Part shown: positions 13,430-25,057 of the stretch, piece after piece
Layout of the letters: the number at the start of each line of letters is the position of its first letter
Position numbering within the stretch: the first letter of the stretch is position 1
Origin: Octopus sinensis
Lineage: Eukaryota
Assembly (NCBI RefSeq): GCF_006345805.1
Contig: NW_021833448.1
Span: 10,220 to 74,219 of the forward strand
DNA length: 64,000 bases
Direction of reading: 5' to 3'
The notes under the pieces: model-generated
The model's input: the letters and a program-made list of their open reading frames with translations, nothing else
The model's database searches: none
Told to the model about the DNA's origin: nothing
Made by a program: the position numbers and the translations under genes

Positions 13430-14066
13430 ACAGACACGCACACACACTCACTCACACACACATACTTTTTCTTTGTTTTAAAATCAATTTTCTTTTCGCA
13501 CTTCTCGTCGCTTCTCTTCCATTATCAATCCATCGACTGATTTCTTTTGTGCTCCCTTAAATAGATAAAAATCTTTATTTCTTAATTTGTTTATTTTTAA
13601 TAATGGTTATTTATTAATTTTTTGTTTTTGACATATTTCGACATTATAGCTGCTGTTCTTTTTTTCGGTTTTCCCCACCCTGATCCAGCAGACATATAAT
13701 ATAATGCACACACTTCCCACTCCTATTAGCACCCATATATTGTTCTAATATGCATGTTACAACCACAATATATAACAAATCCATTTTTTTCTCTGTATAA
13801 GATGACGGAGTGGGAATCGAAAGGGTCTTCATGACCATTCACACCACTTAAGTATCAATAATAAAAATAACAATAATACGTTGATGATTTAACTGATTGT
13901 TCTTTCTCTCTTCCCTTAAATTCGGTTGCATGCAAAATCTAATAATTATGTACACACAGACACACACAGACACATGTGTGTATGTGTATGTATGTATGTA
14001 TGTATGTATGTATGTATGTATGTATGTATGTATGTATATCTATCTATCTATCTATCTTTCTATCTA

Positions 14067-14116
<50 letters not shown>

Positions 14117-14287
14117 CGTGTAAAGTTAATCCAAAGAAGAAAGCACAAAAAACACACAACAACGCGAAGGACGTGGAACAAATATAGTATTATGACGCTC
14201 AGGAAAGAAGGAAAGAAGGAAGGAGGGTCTAATGTTTCGAGCGGAGCTCTTCGTCGGAAACATAGAAGGACATACATACATACATAA

Positions 14288-14342
<55 letters not shown>

Positions 14343-15674
14343 ACTATTTCTCACTTTTCTCTCTTTTTTCTCTCCTTTTCCCTTTCTTTATTCCACTCTT
14401 CCTGTTTTCGATTTGACCCTACTAATATACTCCCTATTTTTAGGTCACTTTATATAAAACCTTTGATTCAAGAACTCTATAAACTCTATAATTGGAATGA
14501 CCAATTTCAAATACTATTGGGTTTTAATAATAAAGTATTGCACTCTTATATGTATGCCATTCTGCCTAAAAAATGCATCTACAAATATAATATCCCTACG
14601 TATCTGACATCTATTTTTTCCCCACCTCACTCTCTACGTCGTTATCCTCATTCCGTAAACGGTGGCTTTTAACAGGTGGAGAGCTGAATATCCTGGGGTA
14701 CAGAGGATTCGCAATCTAGACAAGGGTGTGAAAGTGTACCACACCATGGTTACATCATGGTTCCTCTGCTTTGTAGCAGAAGTATGAAGAAAGAGCGAGA
14801 GAAAGTTGTGGTGAAAGAGTACAGGTTGAACCCGGAACCAAGGGGTTCGTGGATTTTTGGAAATTCTTTACCTTGTCAGTTCAAATAACGCGTTAATGAT
14901 ACACGTGCCTACGAAGTGATCAGCTACATGCACGTTAATTTCACGAGCAGGCAATTTCGTTGATTGGATCAACTGGAACGCTCGTCGTCGCAACCGACGG
15001 ATTGTCATCAAAAATATTGATGGCGTTGTCTTTTATGACTCAAGTGGATTGAGATCGATTAAACAGTACCAGTTTTATACTGGGGTCGATTCAATACAGT
15101 GCGACCTCCAGTACCAAAATTCCGTCCATCAATGTCAGAAAGCAATATCCTAATATTTTTGTATTTGATGTGTTATTGTGTGTTTTGTTTTTGCTATATT
15201 TTTCAATTTTATTTATTTATTTATTTATTTATTTATTTGTGTATGGTTTTGCTTCCTTTTTTTTCTATTTTTATATCGGATTTTTTTTATTCTTTTATTT
15301 CTGGTTTTCTTTCATCTATTATTTCATTCATATTTATGATTAATTTATTTTTAGCTTGTCATTCAAATATTGTTACTAACCCTTCTTCTCTCTCTCTCAC
15401 TCTCTTGCCATTTCCCTCTCAATATATCCCTCCAACTCATTCTCTCTGTGTCTCAATCTGTATTTGTCATTCATTCTCTGTTATTCTTACTCGTTCTCTT
15501 TTATTCTCTCGTTCATTGTCATTAATTCTCTTTCATTAATTCTATCTTTCTTTGTTTATTTCTGCTTTTTTTTTTATTTCCTTTTTTCTTCCAGTCTAAT
15601 CTCTCTCCTACTCTCATCCCTATCTCTCATCTCTCTCTCTCTCTCTCACTCTCTCTCACTCTCTCTCTCTCTCT

Positions 15675-15965
15675 CTCTCTCTGTGTTTCGGTCTCTGTCT
15701 GTTTTCCTCTGGTTTGTCTTCTTATTATTCCATCTTTCTTAATCTCTCCTCCCTCTTCGTTCTCTCTTTCTATGTCTCTCTTTTCAATCCATCTCTCTCT
15801 CTAACTTTCTCTCTCTCTCTCTCTCCCATCTCTCTCTTTCTTTCTCTCTCTGTGTTTCGGTCTATTTCTCTCTCTCTCTTTTCCTCTGGTTGGTCTTCTT
15901 ATTATTCCATCTTTCTTAATCTCTCCTCTCTCTTCGTTCTCTCTTTCCATGTCTCTCTTTTCATT
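15675..15965. repeat. ~170-177-bp tandem duplication inside a CT-rich tract
   Basis: tgtgtttcggtct at 15682 and 15851; ttattattccatctttcttaatctctcc at 15722 and 15899. Confidence 0.85.
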
Positions 15966-16753
15966 CCCCCCTCTCTCTCTCCTTCCCTCTCTACCTCTAA
16001 TTATCTCTCCACCGGTGACCTGTCTTTTATGCTCATTCGTTTTCTTCTCCCACCTCCTCGTTTGATATTCTTTCTCTCATCGACACAATATCTCTCGGTC
16101 TCTCCTCCCCCTCTCTCTCTGTGGCTTATCTCTCGTTCTCTCTCTTAATATCACCCACTCCCTATGTTCTCCTCCCTTTCCTTTTATCTCACTCTTTACA
16201 TCATCTACCCCCTCCCCTTTCTGTCACTCATATTCATGTTCCACCTCTATTACAGACATACACACACATAGACGCATATATATACATACACCCTCTCTTC
16301 TTCTTCTCTCTCTCTTCCTTCTCCGTCCCACCTTCTCTGTCTCTCTTTCTCTCTCTCTCTCTCTTGTCTATTCAATTCCTGATTTTCCCCTACTCATTCT
16401 CCTCCATGCTTTATTATTTTAATATTTGCACAAATCTTCATCTTATCACCCTTCAAAAGATACAGAAACAATAAAAACAATCATAAATTTCCAAACGACG
16501 ACGACAAAGCAAAAAAAAAACAAAACAAAAACAAAAAAGTTCCAAAAACAAAAAAAAGAGCGGAGCGGTGTAGTGGCAACGTTAATATGATGGTTGGTGG
16601 GGGGTGACGGTAGTTGGGAGAATGGCAGTGAGACGACGGGGCAGGGTGAAGGAGAGGTAGGTTTCTGAGGGCGGTGTTGGCCGTTTAAGTAATGAGTATA
16701 ATGAAGGCATTGTGCCATCGATCTTTCAAACGTACGTGAACGTGTGTACATGG

Positions 16754-16802
<49 letters not shown>

Positions 16803-17587
16803 TGTGTGTGAGGTATAGATTGCGATGTATAAGGCGTGGGTGTGTATTGACATTGTTAATTAAAGTTAACTCAATATTCTAATGGAAAGTGGCAACAAAA
16901 TTTCCTCGTTATTATTGTAATTAATTTTGTTGAAGATTTTGTTGTTGTTGTTATTGGTGTTAGTATTCCGCATAATAGAGTGAAAGCGTGGAAAAGATAC
17001 AAAAATGAACGAGCGAGAGAGAGAGAGAGAGAGAGAGAGAGGTGTGGGAAGGAAGACTGTTTAGAAATGATAATAGGGGCAGGTGGTGGTGGTGGGGGGG
17101 GTTATTGTGCTTCGATTCCACAGTTTAAGTTATAAGTTCAAGTGCTACCGACGTGAGACGCCTCTGCTTTTCCTACATCCGGAGATGATAAAAATACGAA
17201 ACAGTTAAGTGCTACTAGTGAAGCCATCATCTTTGTTTGTCTTCAAAATTGTTATGTCCGTGCTGAAGCTAGAAATCATTATTGACACTTTTCAAACGGT
17301 CACTAAATAGCAGAATTTGTAAAATATCAGATAATGTGCTTTCATATGACTTCATGCTAAAAAAATGAGAGTTCAAATCCACCTTGTGTCGAATTAAACG
17401 TTCATTCATCCGGATTCAATGCCAATCTAGTTTAGTCAGGTGACTGGACGGTGTCCCCTAAGACTCTTGAGGGACTTCATCAAAGGTTTGTTTTATTTCG
17501 TTATCCGTCTTACCGTTTTCTGTTCGACCTGGACACTAGATCTCATTCTTTCGTTGACATTTATCTAAAGTAAAAGACAAGCGTAAA

Positions 17588-17940
17588 ATCGCATGGTCTA
17601 GTGGTCAGAATACTGAACTGACAATTGCTAGTTCATGGGTTCGATTCCTGGACCAAGTAGCGTGTTGTGTTCTTGAGCAAAACACTTTATTTCACTTTGC
17701 TTCAATCCACCATTCAGCTGTAATAGAATAATAGCCTTCCAATCTGCAATAGAACAATAGCCTTCCAATCAGGGTAATAACGCTGTAATCGAATAATAGC
17801 CTTCCGATCAGGGTAATTTTTCCTGCTCGCCTGAGCCAGTGAGGTGGCGTCATTCGTAATCCAAAATACGGCGAAACGCATCGTGAACAGCGATATATAA
17901 CAACACCTGATAGTTTAGTCGATACCGTGATAAAGGGATA
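17588..17940 (+). mobile_element. tRNA-derived SINE with an internal triplication
   Basis: Head gcatggtctagtggtcag...gggttcgattcctggacc...tgtgttcttgagcaaaacac. The motif aatagccttcc(a/g)atc occurs three times between ~17730 and 17810. Confidence 0.7.
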
Positions 17941-18368
17941 AGTCAAGGACTGAGTCCAATAAAATTAATCGTTCCTTCCAGTTTTGCCTCCGCAATGAAC
18001 TGTTACTATGTTTGAATCCATGGAGGATGGAAAAGATTGTTTAGCGTCTTTAGCTACTTCACTTCTGGTTTCAAAATGACGCCAAAATCAATATCTTTCT
18101 TTTATCCTTCTGAGAATGATAGGATGATGTTTCACTCAAACACTGGGGTTTCATGTATCGATTACGTCCTATCATTCACATTTGAAGCACTGTGTTTGTG
18201 TTAGACACGAGTATCAAGAAAGAAAAGGGCGTTGGGTTAAAAATTAGTTTGCAAAAGAAAAGCCCGTCACGTTTGTGTTCGAACATCAAATCCAACTCAA
18301 GTAAACAGTGCTTTCCAAACTTTAGACGCTGAAAAAGAAAATGCTAAGCTAATTGGTAATATAAATAT

Positions 18369-18580
18369 TGGTTTCAGATTTTGGCACAAGGACAGAAAGA
18401 TCTGGGAAGGGGTTAAGTCGATTACATGAACTGCAGTGCTCAACGGGTATTTATTTTATTGACCCTGAAAGGATAAAACACAAAGCTGACCTCTGCAGAA
18501 TTTGGAATCAGAACGTGGAGACGGACTAAATATCACTAAACATTTTGCCTGGCGTGCTAACCATTCTACTAGTTCACCGC
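18369..18580 (-). mobile_element. tRNA-derived SINE (ggcgagctggcagaa / ggggtcgataaa family), degenerate
   Basis: Reverse complement of the family at 24424-24655 and 44314-44726. Confidence 0.75.
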
Positions 18581-18882
18581 CTTATTATAAATATAAATAT
18601 TAAATGCTTCCTTGTAATAATTAACAATGAAAATGAAATCTTTGAACTTCTCTTCATTAATATCTAAAATGTTAGAGCCTTTGTAACTTGATCGAATGTG
18701 GATTGCTTGCATCACGGCTGCTTATTGCGATGAACTACATCTACGAAAAGTATCATGGATTTCCGAGCCTCCAGAAACAGATATTGGACTCATAACACAT
18801 TTCTTCGACACCTTTAATTTGGTCTGTCGTTTGGACCTATTGATATAAATATCTCAATATTTGTACTTGACTATTCATTGGG

Positions 18883-19101
18883 TGACAGGACAATGTGACA
18901 AATCAAGAAGTGCTGGACAGAGTTTGTTCAATAAGCATTGAGTAAATGTCGCTGAAGGCTCAGTTACGGTAGACTGTCAATGTTATAAGAATGATCGAGC
19001 ACCGTGTACCCAGAAAACTGTTGTACGGCGAGCTCACGCAGGTCTCACACAAACGAGGAAGGCCTAAAATGACGCACAAAGACTCTGAAAATAACCTCAA
19101 A
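18883..19101 (+). mobile_element. RTE-clade LINE reverse-transcriptase C-terminal remnant, pseudogenised
   Basis: Translation *QDNVTNQEVLDRVCSISIE*MSLKAQLR*TVNVIRMIEHRVPRKLLYGELTQVSHKRGRPKMTHKDS matches the RTE/BovB pattern WQDxVTNxEVL...QLRWxGHVxRM...PKxLLYGEL...GRPxxRxKD, with stop codons. Confidence 0.85.
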
Positions 19102-19909
19102 TATAAGTATATATACATGTCTATATAAATGTATCTGATATTGTATACGGCTAACTCAAGAAGTTAACACTCAAATTAAGTGTATAGAATGTAAGTTTGC
19201 TGAAAGTACTCGAAGTGAGACTCGTCCCACATATTTGACAAATTTCAATTTCAGTTACAGTGAGGGACTGTGTATTGAATTCATTTGATGTGTCGTTATA
19301 TAAGCATGTAGAGTACTTATTCGTTATTGAATCATATCAAAGCGATATAACAGAAACCTTCGAGTCCCTGTCAACATTTATTTTAAAAGTTCGTATGTCC
19401 CACCCGCTAGACGATCGGTGTTACTTTACTTATGCCATCCGTAAACCAAACGGTTCGGTAAAAACGACCGATAGAATATATACAGAGCATAAATATATAA
19501 TTTGGGGCGAACGATTTGTTCAACTAAGCACTTCAAGTAAGTGCTCCATCATGGTCGTGATCCAATATCTGAAACAAGTGAAAGCCAAAAATAAAAAATA
19601 ATAATAAATAAATAAAATAAATAAATAAACCATATATACGCATGCGTAAATATATTCGTATATAGAAACAAGGACAGAATTAGACATTCATACATACACT
19701 CACGAACGATTCCTATTTACAGACAGAGGTCAACACGTTACACCACACACATGTATACATATATATATATATATACATTATATATATATATACGTTATAT
19801 ATATATATATATACATTATATATATATATATACATTATATATATATATATATATACATTATATATATATACAAATATTATATATACATATGTATATATAT
19901 GTGTGTGTA

Positions 19910-19941
<32 letters not shown>

Positions 19942-20299
19942 TGTGTGTGTGGTGTGTGTGTGTAAACATATTTCTGTTCTAGTATGTATTTGATTGTCCA
20001 TTTGTTTCGTCAGTATCGTCTAACAAACATTGCAAAGAAAAGGTGTGAAGTTCAACAAACATCATTTTTCTCTTTCTCCTTTATGCATCTGACAGTTTGT
20101 AAATCTGTAACAAGTCGATAAATCATGCCGTTTAGAAACCATTAACATCCGGGTTATTAGTATACTTAGCCGCAAGCCATAAACTTTCTTTCATTTGTGT
20201 TGAAAGAGTCTTTATTTTTTAAATCTTCTTTAAACTATTCTTTTTTTTTTAGAGTGTGAAGCGAAATATTCTCCAAAAGCAAAATCGAATTGTGCCACA

Positions 20300-20525
20300 A
20301 CTGAAAGAAAATAAATAATTTATTGAATAAATAAGTAAGATCATTGCTGCTTTGGTGGCCCAGTAGGCATGGGTGTTGAGAAATAGTAATACAACACATA
20401 GGTGGTGATTTCAAATTTCTTCCAGAAATTACAAATGATCTAGTTAAAATTTTTAAATGGCGGTGCCCCAGCATGGCCACTGCTCATGAGCTGAAACTGG
20501 AAAAATCAAAAAATCAAAAATCAAA
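20300..20525 (+). mobile_element. LINE-type 3' end with stem-loop and (AAAAATC)n tail
   Basis: ggcggtgccccagcatggccactgctcatgagctgaaac followed by aaaaatc repeats; the same terminal motif as the LINE at 2661-2720. The 5' boundary is approximate. Confidence 0.55.
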
Positions 20526-20685
20526 GTTTAAAACCTTTGAGGTACATTTCGTGTAATCACTTGTATACTGAGATTCCTGTTGTATTTCGACAACGAATGC
20601 AGGACTCGATTTTTCATCATGCACTGAGTTTCATTATTTTATCATAGTCTGAAATTACGCATATTCCTTTTTTTTTTTCTTTTAA

Positions 20686-20843
20686 GGAGCACCGCCTTTA
20701 GTCGAGCAAATCGACCCCGGGACTTATTCTTTGTAAGCCCAGTACTTATTCTTATCGGTCTCTTTTTGCCGAACCGCTAAGTGACGTAAACACACCAGCA
20801 TCGGTTGTCAAGCAATGCTAGGGGGACAAACACAGACACACAA

Positions 20844-20888
<45 letters not shown>

Positions 20889-21060
20889 CATATATACGAC
20901 AGGCTTCTTTCAGTTTCCGTCTACCAAATCCACTCACAAGGTATTGGTCGGCCCGAGGCTATAGTAGAAGACACTTGCCCAAGATGCCACGCAGTGGGAA
21001 AGAACCCGGAATCATGTGGTTGGTTAGCAAGCTACTTACCACACAGCCACTCCTACGCCT
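20686..21060 (-). mobile_element. CORE-type tRNA SINE with internal (TA)/(TG) microsatellite
   Basis: Minus strand: head ggcgtaggagtggctgtgtggtaag, CORE-like catcttgggcaagtgtcttc, internal microsatellite, 3' part ending taaaggcggtgctcc. Probably one of the described octopus OR-type CORE-SINEs; the name is not verified. Confidence 0.85.
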
Positions 21061-21089
21061 ATTACACAGAAATACTAAATTAAAGTAAA

Positions 21090-21391
21090 GGCGCGTAGCT
21101 TAGTGGTTAGGGCATTCCGCTCACGATCGTAAAGTAGTGAGTTCAATTCTCGGCGATGCGTTGTGTCCTTGAGCAAGGCACTTTATTTCCGGTTGCACCA
21201 GTCCACTCAGCTGGCAAAAATAAGTAGTACCTGTATTTCAAACGGCCAACTTAATCACACTCCCTGAGAACTTCGTTAAGGGTACACGTGTCTGTGGAGT
21301 GCTCAGCTACCTGCGCGTTAATTTCAACAGCATGCTGTGCCGTTCATCATATCAGTTTTGACAATCGTCGTCGTAAGCGACGGAATGCTCC
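21090..21391 (+). mobile_element. tRNA-derived SINE
   Basis: Head gcgcgtagcttagtggttagggc...gagttcaattc; 3' part cgttaagggtacacgtgtctgtggagtgctcagc...gtcgtcgtaagcgacgga is shared with 31776-32166. Confidence 0.8.
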
Positions 21392-21500
21392 TACTACTAT
21401 AAATACTAATTTACAAATAGGTACTTCCGAATGAGTCTATATTCAATTGCTATTTTTTGATACTCTGTATACAATTTTATATAATATATACTGTATTACT

Positions 21501-21799
21501 GTGGAGGCACAGGGCCTAGTGGTTAGAGCAGCGGACTCGCGGTCGAAGGGTCGCGGATTCGAATCTCAGACCGGGCGATGTGCGTGTTTATGAGCGAAAG
21601 ACCTAAGCTCCACGCGGCTCCGGCAGAAGGTAATGGCGAAACGTCTGCTGACTCTTTCGCCACAACTTTCTCTCACTCTTTCCTCCTGCATCTAGCAGCT
21701 CCCCTGCGACGGACAGGCGTCCCGTCCAGGTGAGGAACCTATATGCCAAGGAAACCGGGAAACCGGGAAGTAGGTGTGGCTCGAGAAGGAACAAACAAT
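21501..21799 (+). mobile_element. tRNA-derived SINE with a different 3' module
   Basis: Head matches 31776 (gcctagtggttagagcagcggactcgcggtc). After caactttctctcactc the sequence diverges into cctgcgacggacaggcgtcccgtccagg, which resembles V-domain-type SINE segments. Confidence 0.75.
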
Positions 21800-22858
21800 A
21801 CTGTGTTACTATAGTTTCAATTACTATTTTGTATCGGTGGTTAAAACTCTGCTCTGCGACCTCGTGAGTTTTACTGGAATTTCGTCTGCCTTTACGTTTT
21901 GAGTCCAAATTCTGCCGAGGTCGACTTTACCTTTCATCCTGCCGGGGGTCGATTAAATAAATACCAGTTACACACTGGGGTCAATGTAATCGACTTTGTC
22001 TGTTTGTCTGTCCTTGTTTGTCTCCTCTACGTTTAACCCCATGTGGGCAATAAAGAAATAAGAAACGTTTGCACACCGAGCGAAATGCGTAACCGTATTT
22101 CGTCTGCCGTTACTTTCTGTTCTTGTTTGTCCCCTCTATGTTTAGCCCCTTGTGGGCAATACAGAAATAAGAGTAAGTGATACTTTTTGGTTGCTTGCTT
22201 GTAACACAAATTTCATTTCAATGTCACACTTAATGTCTAACATAGTTCTATCGAAATATCGATCGCGATAATAGGAGTTACGGGCTGTCAGAATCGTTAG
22301 CGCGAAATGCCTAGCGGCATTTTGTCCATGTTAACGACCTGAGACCTAATTCCGCCATTGTCGACTTTGATTTCATCTTTCGATGCCGATAAAATATGTG
22401 CCAGCTGAGGAATGGAGTCAATGTAATCGAAACACACCCTCCCCCAAAATTTCTGGCCTTGAGCCAAAATATGAAACCAATTATAGGAGTTAGGTTTGTC
22501 GAATCTCGTACAAAATCCACAGTTAGATTATCAAAGCCAAAATTATGAGTAGCAGATTTTCTGCAGTGCCATTTCAACTAATTCAGCAACGATACGTAAT
22601 AAATCCAGTTTAGTACTTTCTTTGATGCCCTACAGATTCTATCATGCAGTGCACTGTAATGTATACGGTAGTTAACAGAGTGTGTGTTGTTAAAGATGCA
22701 AATGTGTTGTGAATGAGGTCAGGATAACTTCGTAATTTGGGATTCCAACTGATATATGATTTTGTGCGTGTGTATATTTTTGTATGAACTTGAAGTATAT
22801 AAACATACATATATCTAAATATGCATGTGTATGTGTGTGTGCGCACGTGTGTATTCAA

Positions 22859-22892
<34 letters not shown>

Positions 22893-22921
22893 TATATATA
22901 TATTATATATATATATATTTA

Positions 22922-22973
<52 letters not shown>

Positions 22974-23684
22974 TTCATATACATGTATATACACATATGT
23001 GCTTGGATATATTTGTGGGTGCGTGCGTCTGTGTGCATACATGCATGTCTTTATATCGATATATATATATATATATATATATCACTATATATATTTGTAT
23101 ATATGAAACTTGAAACTTAAGTACACGTTCCTCTAATTTTATGCGCTTCTGTGCGTGTGTGTTTCTCTGTCCAACTTCGTGACACGCGCATTTGCACATG
23201 CATAGCGGAGAAATATGGCGAGCGTTACAGTCAGGAGGAGAAAGAGAGGGGAAAAAGACGTGTGTTCAACGTTCTCATTCCCAGAAGTTATTGTTCTAAC
23301 GTCTTACCTATCTCTCCATCTGTATTGTTCCATGTGACAAGATTCAGTCCCATTAGCACGCCCATGGTCAAAGACATCAATCAAATTAAATGTCACTTTA
23401 AATATGAATGAAGTCTGCCCGAAATTGTTTTGTGCGTTGTTTTATATCATACCTAATGTGAAGACAAATGGGACGGCAGTATTTTGATGCCTTTCTTAAT
23501 GTAACATATTCACGTCCACTAAATGAAAATGGAAACAAAGAATGGGTTTGCCGAGTAATTTATATGTCTGACCGAGAAGTAAAAAAATCTTTTGGGCGAG
23601 AATCGAAACCGGATGCTGGATTTCAATTGCTGTGAGCTGACGTTACGAGCATTACAAATCCATTTTCATAACTGCTTCTCTATC

Positions 23685-23730
<46 letters not shown>

Positions 23731-24292
23731 TTTCTTTCTTTCTTTATTTCTTTCTTTATTTATTTATTTACTTATTGTTTCTTTTCAGCACAAGTTCCTT
23801 TTTGTATACGTTCAGCGAATTTTTACCGTTTCCCCCGTTCATTTTTCTCTCTTTGAACGATTATATATTCCAATGTTTCGCTTTATTTCGAACGGAAGTA
23901 TATTATTTAAAAGAGACTCCAAGTTGAGGCAGTGATGTAACCAAAGTCTTTTGGAAAAATGATGTGCTAGATTTCTTTATCTGCATTAATTTGTAAAGAT
24001 ACATTTGTTTTGCAAAGTGCGTGTAAAATACTGTACATATATTATACAATGAAATTAACTTTATATGATGAAGGCTACGGAACAGCCGTAACCCTATGGG
24101 TTATGTATCTCCCATGAAATAATTTCATCAAATGGAGGTCCTCGATTTCAGTTGGGTGACACTCTGCATTATACTCCTTTGTATTCGGCTACAATGTAAT
24201 CTGTTACACGAGTATTCTAGAGGAAAAAGTTTGTGATAGCCAAATGATTATATGAAATGCTATATTGCATTACAAATACATACATACTTTAT

Positions 24293-24340
<48 letters not shown>

Positions 24341-24423
24341 TATACACACACATACATACACACACACACTCACACACACACATATATATATATATGTGTG
24401 TGTGTGTGTGTATGACAGAAAGG

Positions 24424-24655
24424 CAGTGAGCTGGCAGAACAGTTAGGGCGAAGGGCGAAATGCGTAGCCGTATTTCGTCTGCCGTTACGTTCTGAGTTCA
24501 AATTCCGCCGATGTCGACTTTGCCATTCATCCTTTCGGGGTCGATAAATTAAGTACCAGTTACTCACTGGGGTCGATGTCGACTTAATCCGTTTGTCTGT
24601 TCTTGTTTGTCCCCCTCTGTGTTTAGCCCCTTGTGGGTAGTAAAGAAATAGGTAT
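24424..24655 (+). mobile_element. tRNA-derived SINE (ggcgagctggcagaa family)
   Basis: gagctggcagaa...ttctgagttcaaattccgccg...tttcggggtcgataaattaagtaccag...agccccttgtgggtagtaaagaaatagg. Other copies at ~21895, ~29215 (-), ~41870, ~45655, ~53390 (-), ~56057 and ~56290. Confidence 0.85.
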
Positions 24656-25057
24656 GTGTGTGTGACAGAAGTTAAACGCAAAGAGCAAACAACAACAATA
24701 TGGAAATAATGAGAAGGAAATTAGCGAGTCACGTGGTTGATGCCTGTAATAGTGTGCATGTGTTTCAAACGATAGAAGCCCCGAACAGAAATATACTGAA
24801 AGCGTTTCATTTAACGATTAATTGAACGAGATGGCGTACATTATTGCATGGGTCTCTATGACCAAGATTCTTTGAGTGTAGGCTTGTCTAGGTCAAAGTG
24901 TCTCAACAGACTCGGTTTCTACCGCTCACGTTTCCCTCTCACTACACCTATATATCTATCTATCGATGGATCGATCAGTCTGTCTATCGCTGTGCCTGTC
25001 TACTCATGTGATTGTCTGTCTGTCATTCTGTCATTCAATCTGCCTATACATACACCA

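Noticed and set aside
23466-23630. ~55-codon frame MGRQYFDAFLNVTYSRPLNENGNKEWVCRVIYMSDREVKKSFGRESKPDAGFQLL*
   Set aside because: There is no splice acceptor or homology signal, and such short frames are expected by chance.
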